From Octopus vulgaris (Eukaryota), in assembly GCA_951406725.2 (NCBI GenBank), contig OX597823.1:16988001-17052000 (forward strand): a stretch of DNA of 64,000 nucleotides. The letters are read 5' to 3'. Numbering within the stretch: position 1 is the stretch's first letter; every line of letters begins with the position of its first letter. Both the position numbers and the translations under genes were made by a program. Under the pieces are notes generated by a model that searched no databases, was not told the DNA's origin, and saw only the letters and a list, made by a program, of their open reading frames with translations. Shown here piece after piece: positions 51,289-64,000 of this stretch.

Positions 51289-52129
51289 TAGGACAGAGAA
51301 GTACACACCCACAAACTCTTATTTTTATGCTTTAAATCCACGAAATGAAATGTAAATATTGTATATATATATATATATGTATATATTTACATATACACCT
51401 GTGTCAGTCCGTAGTATGCGTGTTTCCCCTGCTGTGTGTATAAATTTTCACAGGCGTTTTTGCTTCCTCAATCGGGAAGGTAGAATAAATCAAGCACACG
51501 AAAAACAAAACGTTTGTACGATGTTTGATCCATAACGGGGCATTGTAGAAGGATTTAATTTATAATGATGGATGTATAAACATATGAATGAATTAACCAA
51601 AAGAAGAGAGAGAGAGAGAGGGGGGAGAATTAATAATAAAAAAAGAAGATCAATTCATCTTGTTTTTAGGAGACGATTTAAAATATTAGCTTAATTAGTC
51701 TAGTGTTTATGTACATGTGATGAATATATATATAAAAATAACTTTATATACACACACTGTATACTGTAAATAGTGGATAATACAACTGGCGATGTGGTGA
51801 CTATATGGTGAGAGAGAGAGAGAGAGACTGCTGCTTCTGCTGTTCTCAATAATACTCCTGCAACAACTGTTGAAGCCAAAGCTGTTGTTGTCGATTTTTG
51901 TAGTAGCAGCAGTTGTTGTTGTTATTGCTGCAACTGCTGCTGCTGTGATTGATGCCAGTGCTTCTTGTTCAGCATCTGTTCTTACTGTTGGTGATGATGA
52001 TGAATGAAGTCATTGCTGCTTGTTGCTGCACTTTGCTGCTGCTGCTGTTGCTGCAACAGTGTGCAACCCATTTTTTTTTTTTTCTTTTAATTCCCGATCA
52101 GATGTGTAGGAAATAATAAGAGATTTAAG

Positions 52130-52143
52130 AAGAAAGAGAAAGG

Positions 52144-52184
<41 letters not shown>

Positions 52185-52610
52185 AGTAAAGAATATAGTG
52201 AGAAATAGAAAATGGAAAAGAAAATGAAGGAGAGAGAGAAAGATGATTGAATAGGGTGAAAGATAAAATGGAAAAAAAGGGAGCAGAGGATGAAAACCAA
52301 GAAACTTAAAGGATTAAGAAACTTTTTTCTTTTTTTTTTTTTTTTTGATAAAAAGACGGGAGTTTGCGTGGAGAAGAAAAGAAGGGGGAATAAAGGGTCG
52401 GTGGGTAAAAGAGAAAGAAAAGGAGAGGGAGACTATGTGGTGTAAGAGAATATTCGGAGATAAAAAGAGAAAGGGAAAATAAGAGAGATAAAATAGAGGG
52501 GTTATAGAAATTAGAAAATTTAAGGGAGAAATAGACGGAAAGAGGGAATAAACAAAATGTGAAAAATAAAAGTGGGAAAGGAAGAGGAAAAAGAAAGAGA
52601 GGAGAGAAAT
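52130..52610 (+). repeat. GA-rich low-complexity tract upstream of SLC15 exon 1
   Basis: (GA)n and purine-rich sequence. Confidence 0.8.
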
Positions 52611-52767
52611 GAGTTTTATTTGAGGGAAGTTTGTCTGCTATTTTTAGCAGATAACCCGAACCATTTGTTTCAAGATGGGGGAAGATGTAAACAGCAAGGT
52701 TCCCTCATTGACATATATATATATATCTAGGACTATATTATCCAGTATGTCCCTTTTTAAGACTGTA

Positions 52768-52955
52768 CTCTTTTACTTGTTTCAGTCATGCTGGAGCACC
52801 GCCTTTAGTCGAGCAACTCGACCCTGGGACTTATTCTTTTGTAAGCCCAGTACTTATTTTATCGGTATCTTTTGCCGAACCGCTAAGTAACGGGGACATA
52901 AACACACCAGCATCGGTTGTCAAGCAATGCTAGGGGGACAAACACAGACACACAA

Positions 52956-52998
<43 letters not shown>

Positions 52999-53137
52999 TA
53001 CGACAGGCTTCTTTCAGTTTCCGTCTACCAAATCCACTCACAAGGCTTTGGTCGGCCCGAGGCTATAGTAGAAGACACTTACCCAAGGTGCCACGCAGTG
53101 GGACTGAACCCGGAACCATGTGGTTGGTAAACAAGCT
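52768..53137 (-). mobile_element. SINE family A
   Basis: Reverse-complement copy. Confidence 0.88.
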
Positions 53138-53679
53138 ATGATTTGTGGGAAATTTAGCTGCCATAACTAGCAGGTCAAGTGACTATGTTGACAGTGAATG
53201 TCCTTCCCATTTTAAGACAATAAGATGTGATTTGAAGGGGATTTCGCTGCTGTTTCTAGCAGATTGAGTTATCCTTCATTGATTTAGGGGATCGTGGACA
53301 GAGAAGAGAAAGAAAGGGAATGAGAATAAAATAAACTTTTTAAAATGAGAAACTCGCAGAAATAAGGAAACTTTTTTAATCAAAATCCTTACAAAATCAA
53401 GTGACAAAATAAAACCGTTATCCATTTGGAGTAACTTCAGATTTAAAAAAAAAAGGTTTGATTCCTGCAATCAAATAGCGTTGGTAATAAAACCCTAAAA
53501 TGAACACCAAAAAAGAAAGAAGCAGAAGAATGGGGGTGGATATCCTAAAGATAAGGGAAACTAGAAACTATTAGACGGACAAAGAAGTGACCGGTCAAAA
53601 CAAAACAAACAAAAAAATTGCAATGTTTTCATTATCGAATACTTTCGAATGGACACAACACTTTCATTGTTAAATAGTT

Positions 53680-54061
53680 ACTCTTTTACTCTTTTACTTG
53701 TTTCAGTCATTTGACTGCGGCCATGCTGGAGCACCGCCTTTAATCGAGCAACTCGACCCCAGGACTTATTCTTTTGTAAGCCCAGTACTTATTCTATCGG
53801 TCTCTTTTGCCGAACCGCTAAGTAACGGGGACATAAACACACCAGCATCGGTTGTCAAGCAATGCTAGGGGGACAAACACACACACATACATATATATAT
53901 ATATACGACGGGCTTCTTTCAGTTTCCGTCTACCAAATTCACTCACAAGGCTTTGGTCGGCCCGAGGCTATAGTAGAAGACACTTGCCCAAGGTGCCACG
54001 CAGTGGGACTGAACCCGGAACCATGTGCTTGGTAAACAAGCTACTTACCACACAGCCACTC
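53680..54061 (-). mobile_element. SINE family A (well preserved, CpGs intact)
   Basis: Reverse-complement copy. Confidence 0.9.
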
Positions 54062-54244
54062 GTTTTGTTGTTTTTTTTTACTTTACTTTGGTGAGATTAC
54101 GGTGCTTCAGAAATTCACTAGAATTAAGGATTGGGCATATTTGGAGATACCTCTGCAAAAACTGAAGAACATTAAGTTAGGTTTCATCCTTTGGGGGTCG
54201 ATAAAATAAATTGCCAATCGAATACTATAAATTTCGATTCAATA

Positions 54245-54460
54245 TTGATTTCAAATTTTGGCACAAGGCCAGCGATTTCGGGGGGAGGTGCAAGTCGATT
54301 ACATCGACCTCAGCGCTCAACTGGTACTTATTTTATCGACCTCGAAAGGATAAAAGGCAAAAATTGACCTTAGCGGAATTTGAACTCAGAACGTAAAGAT
54401 GGACGAAATGCCGCGAAACATTTTGCCCGGCGTGCTGACGATTCTGCCAGCTCGCCGCCT
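54245..54460 (-). mobile_element. SINE family B variant, locally partly duplicated
   Basis: Family B head and central block; junction sequence repeated at about 54468 and 54610. Confidence 0.75.
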
Positions 54461-55712
54461 GAAGCCTCGATTTAATATTGATTTCAAATTTTGGCACAAG
54501 GCCAGCAATTTCGCTCAAATTGGTCCTTATTTTATCGACCCTTCGATTTGAAAAGGATGAAAGGCAGAATGGATCTCAGCAGAATTTGAACTCAGAATGT
54601 AAAAGGCTTCGATTTAATATTTCTATAAGGCATCTGAGATGTCTAGTCAAACATAATAAAGGCTGATGTTTTCCTCATAAAGGATTGATTAGCCATCGGA
54701 AAGAATTGGTAACAGTCAAAATAAATTAAATTGATCGATGACTGTGTTGACATTGGTTGGACTTTCCCACAACAACATTAATAATTTTGGCGTGTTTTAA
54801 AACCAATATTGTGAGATCTCCTTTATGAAACAAATCCATTAAGTATTATTATGTCTGTTCAAAAACATTCAAAGATGAAATTCTGTTCGGTAAATCGTAA
54901 GAAAATTAAGGACAATGTAACTTTTAAAGAGTATTACTTATTTACAAACCTGATAATAAAAGATTCGACAAATGTTATTTTGTATAACTCCAGTATAACC
55001 TCTGATTGAAACGATAGTCTTATGTTCCAGCCATTAAAAGCGTTCGAACTTTCGAAGGCGTTCTATGCTGTCTTTTTAAGACATGGCATTAAAAGGAGAC
55101 TGGAGAAGCATGTTACGATGGAAGGCCAAAAGAACGACCATTCCTTGGGTGCTTCTATGGGATCAGATCCCTTTTATGTCCCTCGGTACATCTGGAATAG
55201 AGCGATATCGTTCAGAAAGTGCTGGAAAAAACCATTGTAATTTCCAGCCAATAGCTGAGGAAAGTAGAAGAACTACATTGCTCATGTTCTGGAATATTGA
55301 TCTGCTGTTTGTAACAGGACAAGCTACCACATAGATTCCCCTACTGACTTAGTGTATCTTGGACTGCATTGTCCAAAGTGTCCTCCCATTTATGAGGACA
55401 ATAGAATGTGATTTGAGGAAGAAATTGTTTGCAAGTCGAACCACCACAAAGTACAGATACTCTCAGTTATACAGTATCTCAATTACATTATCAAACGTGT
55501 GCTTCATTTCAGGCAATAGTGATTTGAAGGAAGTTTGGCTAGTTTTGGTTTGTCTGATTCATTTTGTTTAGCTCCACGCTAACCTTGACCCAGCAGATGT
55601 ATAGTAGAAATTATTTAAATCGTAACACCCATTTTTTATGGGAATATGTAGGACGGTTTGTAGAATCAGAGCATTGACCTCTGTTTGGCAGTATTTATTC
55701 GACTGTTTTTCC

Positions 55713-56079
55713 AGTGGTTAGGGCAGCGGACTCGCGGTCATAGGATCGCGGTTTCGATTCCCAGACCGGGCGTTGTGAGTGTTTATTGAGCGAATACACC
55801 TAAAAGCTCCACGAGGCTCCGGCATAAGATGGTTGTGATCCCTGCTGTACTCTTTCACCACAACTTTCTCTCACTCTTACTTCCTGTTTCTGTTGTACCT
55901 GTATTTCAAGGGACCGGCCTTGTCACTCTCTGTGTCACGCTGAATATCCTCGAGAACTACGTTAAGGGTGCACGTGTCTGTGGAGTGCTCAGCCACTTAC
56001 ACGTTAATTTCAAGAGCAGGCTGTTCCGTTGATTCGGATCAACCGGAACCCTCATCGTCGTAACCGACGGAGTGCTTCC
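55713..56079 (+). mobile_element. SINE family C
   Basis: Near-identical to 25050-25436. Confidence 0.88.
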
Positions 56080-56825
56080 CATTCGACTGTTTACGTTCTG
56101 AGCTCGTTCAGACCCCTCCGATGTCAACACTACCTGCCATCCTTTTAAGGTCGATAAAATAAAATGGTTAATGTATAGTCCCGGTCAAGTACTAGGGGTT
56201 GATCTCTGTCTCTGTCTGTGAGAAGGAGATGGGGGAACCAATTGCAGTGTCGCTTCCTATCACGATAACCTCTTCCACTTTATCGTAATGGAAGACTGAG
56301 GTAGCCGACGCTCCAGAAAAAGTATAGCACATCATGGTTACAATATCCAGGATTACTCTATCCAGTGTTACTTATTTTATAGCGAAATGGTGCGATTTGA
56401 GAGATATTCGCTTGCTATTACTTGTAAGGCAAGTGGCCACATTGAAACTCTCTTATTGGCTTTTTTTTTTGCTGTAAATGAGTGTTAACCTGAGTGGTAG
56501 CATCCCTTGGGGGATATTGTGAGCTCAATGGGAGTGTGGACGGAAAATATCAAGGACGCTATGGAAGTTGCTGGACATTTGGAGAAGTTCGTAATTTTTC
56601 TGAAAAATATAGATAATAAATTTATGCACAAGGCCAGCAATTTCGGAGGAGAAGTAAGTCATTACATCAAACCCAGGTTTTCAACTTGTATTGATTTTAT
56701 CGACCCCGAAAGGATGAAAGACAAAGTGGACCTCGGGGGAATTTGAACCCAGAACGTAAAGACGGATAAAATGCCATTAATCAGTTTGCCCAACCTTGCT
56801 AACGATTCTGCTATGTCAAACTCTC

Positions 56826-57850
56826 CCCAGACGCCCGTGACCAAGCTTCTTTGCCCAACCGGTTTGGGGGCTTGGGTCTGCACAAGTGCTCGTCTTTATC
56901 TCTTCCCTATTTCCTTCCCTCCATCCACGCTTGCTCCCCTTCACTAGGCAACATCATCTCCTCTCCAATATGGACTAATTCCAACAGGGAGATAGATGAA
57001 GCTCTATCACAGTGGAGAGAGCTGGGTTTGTCAATTCCGGTGAAGGACAGACGGAAACAGAGAGTATGGGACAATCTGCGTTCAGGTGCCACTTTCAACC
57101 CTCTCCTTAATCAATCTGATCGATTTTCAAGGCGTCGTCTACTTTCAGCTCGTGCAAAATTTTTAGGAGTCTGGATTGATGCTCTACCTGTGGAGGTCTA
57201 CTCAGTCTAGATAAACTCTGCATCTCCATCGTACTCAGTGGGAGCTGACGTCTGTAGGGGACTGAAATGTCTCTGTTGTAGGCCCCTCGACCCCACAGGT
57301 CTTCATGATCTGTCTTGCCACCTTAATGCTAGTCACTTCGCTCGTCACACCAAGCTAAACCTAGTCATTAAGCAAACCCTGGCTCGGATTAACATCCCCT
57401 CAGTTCTGGAGCCGTTGGGGTTATCCAGAACTGATGGAAAGAGACCAGATGGTCTTACCCTCTGTCCTTAGGTTAGAGTTAAGTGCCTCGTTTGGGACGC
57501 CACAGTCTGCAACTCCTTTGCTCCCTCCCATATCCTGGATGCTACAGTAAATGGGAGGGTCGCTGCTTCCGTAGCCGAACGGACGAAAACCCTAAAGTAC
57601 CAGGACCTGACAGTGAACTATCTCTTCCAACCTGTGGCGTTTGAAACGTTCGGAGAGACTGGGCCATTAACCGCGAAGTTCTTGTCCACGTTGGCAGCTC
57701 GCCAAACCGAAGTGTTAGGTGATGCCCGTGAGGGCGCTTTATTTTCCCAGCGCTTTAACCTTGCCATCACCTGTGGTAATGCTGCGAGCTTGTTGGCTTG
57801 TTTCAGTAGGTTCCGTTAAACCTTGTGGTGTGCAACCAGTTGCTGTGATA
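56826..57850 (+). mobile_element. CRE-like non-LTR retrotransposon 3' fragment (zinc knuckle plus restriction-like endonuclease), pseudogenised
   Basis: LPNRFGGLG; CLC..LDPTGLHDLSC; ARH..LN; EPLGLSRTDGKRPDGLTL.P*; LVWDAT; K..KY; FQPVAFETFG; QR...AI..GNA; contains stops and a frameshift. Confidence 0.8.
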
Positions 57851-58404
57851 AAAAAAATGGTTTCAATAAAATTTTAACTGAAAGATTTGGAAGAATTAGA
57901 TAAAAGTTCTCCGGTAATTCTCTTTCGTGTATATAAATGTTTATGTTAATTTTAAAATTTGCCAGCAAAATCTTATAAAAAGACGTTCTAGGAGATGTAC
58001 ATGTTTACATGTTATATATGAAAATAAAAGTTTTCTTGAATTGCCGGTATCTTCAACCAGGGTCTGTACTTCAGCATTGTTTTGCCCGGGTAGAATCAGC
58101 ATCAGATGATTGTGGCTGATTTTACCTCATCGTTTAGTCAAAAAGTTAACGAAAATAGATCCAACCCCATTCTATTTCCTAATTTAATTTTTGTAGAAGT
58201 CACTTTTGAAAACATCCTTTTAACCGTAAGATTGCTTTGTGGCTCACCGTCAAGTCTATACATATTCTGAAAAATCTGCTAACCCAGGTTCACTGACTAC
58301 ATACTTAAAAATGTTTTACACCAACATTCTGGTCTATTAATAGGAATTCGTTTTTCTAAATATACGTTTTTTCCAATCGAGTGTTAGCACTTTTCGCCAC
58401 TGGT

Positions 58405-59101
58405 CAGTGGTGGCTCGTGTATAAGCACTGCAGAACTGCAGAACCCTCTATTTCCATTCGATATTATTCAATATAATGGGTCCCTTTTTTCTTTAATTCT
58501 TTCTTTATACTTGTACATTATATAATCTTTAAGCTTAATGTCAATAGCCATCCCCTAGTTTATAAAAGAAATACTAAAATCCTTGTATAGAACTGTGCGC
58601 TTCACAGTTCCAGCGACGTGGTGTTTAACTGTTGTGTGCATGCTCACATGTCCGAGATAGGAAGCTGCACGCTAGGGAGAGAGAGCACTGTCGTTCACGC
58701 AGTGCCGATCCTGGTGTGCTGGTGAAAGGTAGTGTTGCTTTTTGAGCTCTGCGTATGTTGTGCTTAAAAACGTGTTTATATTCTTGAATATGATAAAGTG
58801 TAGAATTACATTATTATCTTGCTTCCAGCTACAGCCTTGCTGCCAGGATTTGAAAAATAGAGCAGATTTCCCCCCTTATTTTGTGACTTAGGGGGGATTT
58901 TTGAAAAGCAAGGAGGAATTCGCGGCGATGTTCAGTGAACAAATTGAACACACTACCCGGCAGTGGCTAAAACGTGAACCGATCAAGTTTACGTATACAT
59001 TTTCTAGTTATATGTTTGTTTTCTTTTACACAATATTAAAACAATGGCTAAAAATTTTCTGAAGCAGCACCCCCAATAATTTTATCTACAAGCTGCCGCT
59101 G
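58405..59101. mobile_element. hAT-like non-autonomous DNA transposon
   Basis: TIRs CAGTGGTGGCTCGTG / TACAAGCTGCCGCTG; 8-bp flanks CCACTGGT / CCACTGAC (6/8 match). Confidence 0.65.
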
Positions 59102-59538
59102 CCACTGACACCATATGACTAAATGACTAGGAAACTTCTTCCGATTCACTTTATGCCAGCAAGTCTCTACATGATTGCTCGACGTTTCAGAAATAGCAGC
59201 CAAATATCACCCGTTCCACACCCGATAAAGGCGGTATACATTCGCAAAAGTTGCTGACATTGCCATCTTGAAAATAGCATGTTAGTGCAAGTATAAATTT
59301 ACTGATTAACTACTGTCACACACAACCACTGGCGAAACCTATCACTTGAAGCAAATTGAGACTGCAAACTGATCACCCGCCAGTAGTATTTCAATCATGG
59401 ACTCAGTCATTTTCTAACATATGTGAATGACGTTAACAAATATAATTATCAAGATGTTAAGTTTAAAATTGATTTTAAACAGTATTTGAATTTTTTTCTT
59501 GGAATTTACGAAAAAAATATTTTAAAATATTAACAAAT

Positions 59539-59800
59539 AGGCGTAGGAGTAGCTGTGTGGTAAGTAGCTTGCTTATGAACCACATGATTCCGGATTCAGT
59601 CCCACTGCATGGCACCCTGGGCAAGTGTCTTCTACTATAACCTCGGGCCAACCAAAGCCTTGTGAGTGGATTTGGTAGACGGAAACTGAAAGAAGTCCAT
59701 CGTATATATGTCCTGGGGTCGATTTGCTCGACTAAAAGGCGGTGCTCCAGCATGGCCACAGTCAAATGACTGAAACAAGTAAAAAAAAAAAAAGAGTAAG
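59539..59800 (+). mobile_element. SINE family A with internal deletion
   Basis: Head joined directly to the distal tail after the TA tract. Confidence 0.85.
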
Positions 59801-59849
59801 TATAACTCTCATTTTTTGTATTTTATGAACTTAGTAATTCTTTTCTTAC

Positions 59850-60740
59850 CTCCATCCACTCTTATTCCCCTTCCGTGCTATGAACTAATTCTGACAGGGA
59901 GATGGAAGAATCTTTGCTACAACACAGAGAGAGCTGGGTTTGTCAGTTCCTGATACAGTTGAGGAAAGACAGAAGCAGAGAGTTGGGACAATATGTGCTC
60001 AGGTGCTACTTCTAACTCTCTCTTTGATCAATCTGATCGTTTTTCAAGGTATCGCCTACTTATTGCATGTACGAAATTCTCGGGGGACTGAACTGATACC
60101 CTGCCTGTGATCAATATTGGTAGTCTGCTCAGTCCGGATGAACTCCGCATCTCCATCGAACTCCATTGAGTGGGTGACTGAAATGTCGATGTAGTGGAAC
60201 CGTCGACTCCATAGGCCTTCATGATTTGTCTTGCAACTTAAATGCTGGTCGTTTTGCTCGTCACACCTAGCTAAACTTCATCATTAAGCGGGTCCTGGCT
60301 TGGGTTGATATTCCATCAATTCTGGAGCCGGCGGGGTTAGCCAGACGTGATGGGAAGAGACCAGATGGTTTTACTCTTTGTCCCTGAGTAAGAGGTAGGT
60401 GCCTCATTTGGGACGCCACAGTCTGTGACTCATTTGCTCTATCCCACATCCTGGATGCTTCGGTAAATAGAAGAATCACTGCTTCCGTAGCCGAACGGAA
60501 CAAAATCCTCTAGTATCGGGACTTGTCAGTGAACCACTTTTTATTCTAGCCTGTGGTGTTTGAGACGTTTGGAGGGGCTGGGCCAGGTGGCTAACGGCGA
60601 AATTATTGTCATTGGCGGCTCGCCTTACCGAGGTGTCATGAGATGCCCGTGAGGGTGCTTGGCTGTTCCAACGCCTTAACCTGAACATGTTGGCTTGCTT
60701 TAATAGGTTCCGTTGAACCTTGTGGTGTGCGACCAACTGA
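59850..60740 (+). mobile_element. Second CRE-like retrotransposon fragment
   Basis: Colinear diverged paralog of about 56890-57840 ([24 protein letters not shown]) with the same 3' end. Confidence 0.8.
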
Positions 60741-61741
60741 GGCACTTGGTGTTGATTTTTTTTCTTTTTTCGGTTTTGGATTTGTATAATATATGCATCA
60801 TATAAAAACGGTAGTAAATTATATCTCAAATCATTTTGTTTTATGGTAATTTTTTTCATGTGATTCTACATTCATAATATTATACGATTGAAGGTATTTA
60901 AGAATAATTTGTCTTGGATGGTGGACGTAATCTTTCACCCGGTTTAACACCACTACACGGTATATTGATGCTTTTAACGAGCTCCTCTTTACTGCAAGAA
61001 TTCAGGTCAGATCTCCGGTTTATGGATAACTTCTTCCTTCCCTCCTACCAGTGTGTGATGCACTTTAAAGGGTCATGACAATGTCATTCCTCTTGATTAA
61101 AAAATTTACTTTTCATTTATTAAGGGAGTATGTCCCCAAATGAGTTCCTTGAAAAATTTTTCTTTAATTTTAGGGTTCTGTGAAATAAGGTGTCTTTTAA
61201 TGAAAAAAAAATCACAGAATATTGCATCATTATTGTCTACAAGTCAGTTGTAATGATTTAAATATGTTTAATTACCTTAACTAAATATATATTTATTAAT
61301 TAATCATTTAATTTTCAAAAGTAACGGGATATTAACATACTATTTAAATGAAAAGTGAGATTTCTCCAATGACTTAACCAAAACCGTATCTGCTTTCCTG
61401 TAACTTTTTCCTAATTAAAATTGATGCTGTTTTCTATTCACCAAAAAAATAATATCCAATTTATATTATATTAATAGATGTTAAAGAAATTGGCGAAAAA
61501 GAATAGCCATGAAAGAATATCGCTAAAATCTTTGGACAAAGCATGCATCTTACACTTTCCTCCCTTCCACCACAGTAAATTCAATACTTTCAGCCTACGT
61601 CAGAAAGAAATCAATATGTCTAAATATAGATTCTTAACCAATTTTATCCAGTCATGTTTCTAAATATAGAAACACAAGAAGTCCAAAATGGATAACCGTT
61701 AGTTTTATGTTATGGATATTGTAAGTGCATGTTTTTTTTTT

Positions 61742-62133
61742 TTACTTGTTTCAGTCATTTGACTGCAGCCATGCTGGAGCACCGCCTTTAGTCGAGCAAA
61801 TCGACCCTGGGACTTATTCTTTGTAAGCCCAGTACTTATTCTATCGGTCTCTTTTGCCGAACCGCTAAGTTACGGGGACGTAAGCACACCAGCATCGGTG
61901 TTCAAGCAATGCTAGGGGGACAAACACAGACACACAAACACACACACATATATATATATATATACATATATACGACAGGCTTCTTTCAGTTTCCGTCTAC
62001 CAAATCCACTCACAAGGCTTTGGTCGGCCCAAAGCTATAGCAGAAGACACTTGCCCAAGATGCCACGCAGTGGGACTGAACCCGGAACCATGTGGTTGGT
62101 AGACAAGCTACTTACCACACAGCCACTCCTGCG
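61742..62133 (-). mobile_element. SINE family A
   Basis: Full reverse-complement copy. Confidence 0.9.
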
Positions 62134-62470
62134 TAATTTTTTTAATGTTAACGTGTTTGATTCCGTTTTAATATGTGGTTTATAGAATTTCACATGCCAC
62201 TGTCTTGGAGTGTTTGTATATGTGAATGTATATCTACGTTTCTGTGTAAATTCTAAGGGTTCATGTGCTTTGTCTGTGAGTGTGGCCTGTGTTCTGTGTA
62301 ATCCTATGTACCAGTCTTATGTGTAAGTTGTTTTAGCGTAACATTCATTACGTTACAGCGTCATCAATTTATGGCCTCCTAAAGTTTGTTTACAAGCAAT
62401 CCTCCTCACAGTTTTGCTGTAAAACTAGAAACGTTTTCCGTAACAGTTTTCGCTAATTTGAAACAGAATT

Positions 62471-62880
62471 GGATCTTTTCGGTTTGAACGGCAGTTTTTT
62501 CTAACGGTGTCATATGAAATTGTCACCCATAATTATGACCCTAATATCAATCTATTGCAATTCAATCTGTTTTAAGGTTAGGGTTAGGGGGAAGGGTATC
62601 ATTTTTTCTTCAGAAATGTAAATAAACCCAATCTGTTTCTTAAACGAGGGACATATTCATACAGCACAGAATGTTTTTTACCTCAATAGACGTCAGTGAT
62701 TGGTTGAAATTGCAGAAATTGAAGAAAAAAACAACAAATATCTTACAAACTACAGAATTTTCTCAATAAAGCCAAGAGAAAAAGATGTTTTATTAACACA
62801 TTCTACCAGTATACGAAGTTTAAAACTTTTTAGTTACCTAGAAATTATGTTAAAAACTGCCGTTCAAACCGAAAAGATCC
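62471..62880. mobile_element. MITE with GG termini and 8-bp TSD (Merlin- or MULE-like)
   Basis: Perfect TIR GGATCTTTTCGGTTTGAACGGCAGTTTTT; TSD ACAGAATT; internal TTAGGG units. Confidence 0.9.
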
Positions 62881-63237
62881 ACAGAATTTCATACAAACAC
62901 ATTGCTTTTCCAGATCCTTCGTAGTTTAACATACGACAAATCACTAAGTGCACTAGACATACCTCCACACTCCCACGTGCGTAATAATGGTGGCCATAAT
63001 GGTTAAGTTGTGTAGCACCATGTAACTCATAAGAGTGCTGGTCAACCTCATCAGTTGCAAGCATGTTGCGCTAGCTAGTTGGTGCACTGTTTCAAAAGTT
63101 CATTTTCTTTACGGACAGACCATTCGTGTGTTTTCGTATTTTACTTTCAAATATTCCTCTTTGTTTCGCGACCACACTTCTTACAAACACGTCTTTCCCT
63201 ACCTTGTTCTTGCTATTCCGTGTACTTTACCAATATT

Positions 63238-63657
63238 GGATCTTTTCGGTTTGCACGGCAGTTTTTTCTAGCGGTGTCATATGAAATTGTCACCCATAAT
63301 TATGACCCTAATATCAATCTATTGCATTTCAATCTGTTTTAGGGTTAGGGTTAGTTAGGGGTGGGGGAAGGATATCTTTTTTTCTTCACAAATGTAAATA
63401 AATCCAATCTGTTTCTTAAACGAGGAACATATTCATACGGCACGGAATGTTTTTTACCTCAATGGACGTCATTGATTGGTTGAAATTGCAGAAATTGAAG
63501 AAAAAAAACGACAAATATCTTACAAACTATAGAATTTTCTCAATAAAGCCAAGAGAAAAAGATGTTTTATAAACACATTCTACCAGTATACGATGTTTAA
63601 AATTTTTTAGTTACCTAGAAATTATGTTAAAAACTGCCGTTCAAACCGAAAAGATCC
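63238..63657. mobile_element. Second copy of the same MITE
   Basis: Same TIRs with one mismatch; TSD CCAATATT / CCAATATC. Confidence 0.9.
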
Positions 63658-63898
63658 CCAATATCTTTAATTCACACACTCACATACGTTATCTCCTCAC
63701 ACGCACGCTTTCATACTACCTCTCTAACAATTACACACGCACTAACACTTCCTCACATCTACACATACACACACCACTCCTTCTTATGCCTTGCTTTCAG
63801 ACCCAGCTCTGATTGCGCAAATATATGATGAAAGGAATTCCAGCCACGATAATCCAATATTTGTTTAAAGTATAAATTTAACCAGAACCTAAAGGCAT

Positions 63899-64000
63899 AG
63901 GCGGCGAGCTGGCAGAAATGTTAGCATGCTGTGCGAAATGCGTAGCCATTACGTTCTGAGTTCAAACTCCGCTGAGGTTGACTTTGCCTTTCATCCTTTC
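63899..64000 (+). mobile_element. SINE family B (runs off the window edge)
   Basis: GGCGGCGAGCTGGCAG head and GACTTTGCCTTTCATCC block. Confidence 0.8.

Noticed and set aside
54950-55330. Unique CpG-containing segment (also about 58030-58140 and 60900-61060) as exons of a neighbouring gene
   Set aside because: Acceptor-like sites exist, but frames close quickly and no protein family is recognisable; RNA-seq is needed
62575-62595. Interstitial telomere
   Set aside because: Only 2-3 TTAGGG units, internal to a MITE

Overview
AT-rich, repeat-dense animal genomic DNA. The SINE, LINE and microsatellite content looks like Octopus (cephalopod), recognised from memory rather than by a search. The only well-supported host gene is a minus-strand proton-coupled oligopeptide transporter (POT/PTR2 family, SLC15A1/2 or PepT-like). 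It has eight frame-consistent coding exons (51288 down to 234, about 248 codons), a first intron of about 41 kb, and it continues off the left edge of the window. A candidate internal TATA promoter with a non-coding exon (about 21.2-21.3 kb) would give a short-N-terminus isoform. The rest is mobile DNA: at least four tRNA-derived SINE families; RTE, RTEX-like, CR1 and CRE-like (restriction-like endonuclease) LINE fragments; non-autonomous Helitrons; piggyBac-, hAT-, pogo- and Merlin-like MITEs; and Penelope-like fragments. The most unusual signals are RNA-structural. One is a ~510-bp palindrome whose arms fuse a tRNA-type Pol III head to a minimal hammerhead ribozyme. A second repeat family also carries a minimal hammerhead. 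There are also 67-bp tandem units in the RTE 3' UTR that can fold into compact H-type pseudoknots. Nearly all ORFs in the supplied track are repeat artefacts. Repeat boundaries were read by eye and are approximate unless a TSD is given.
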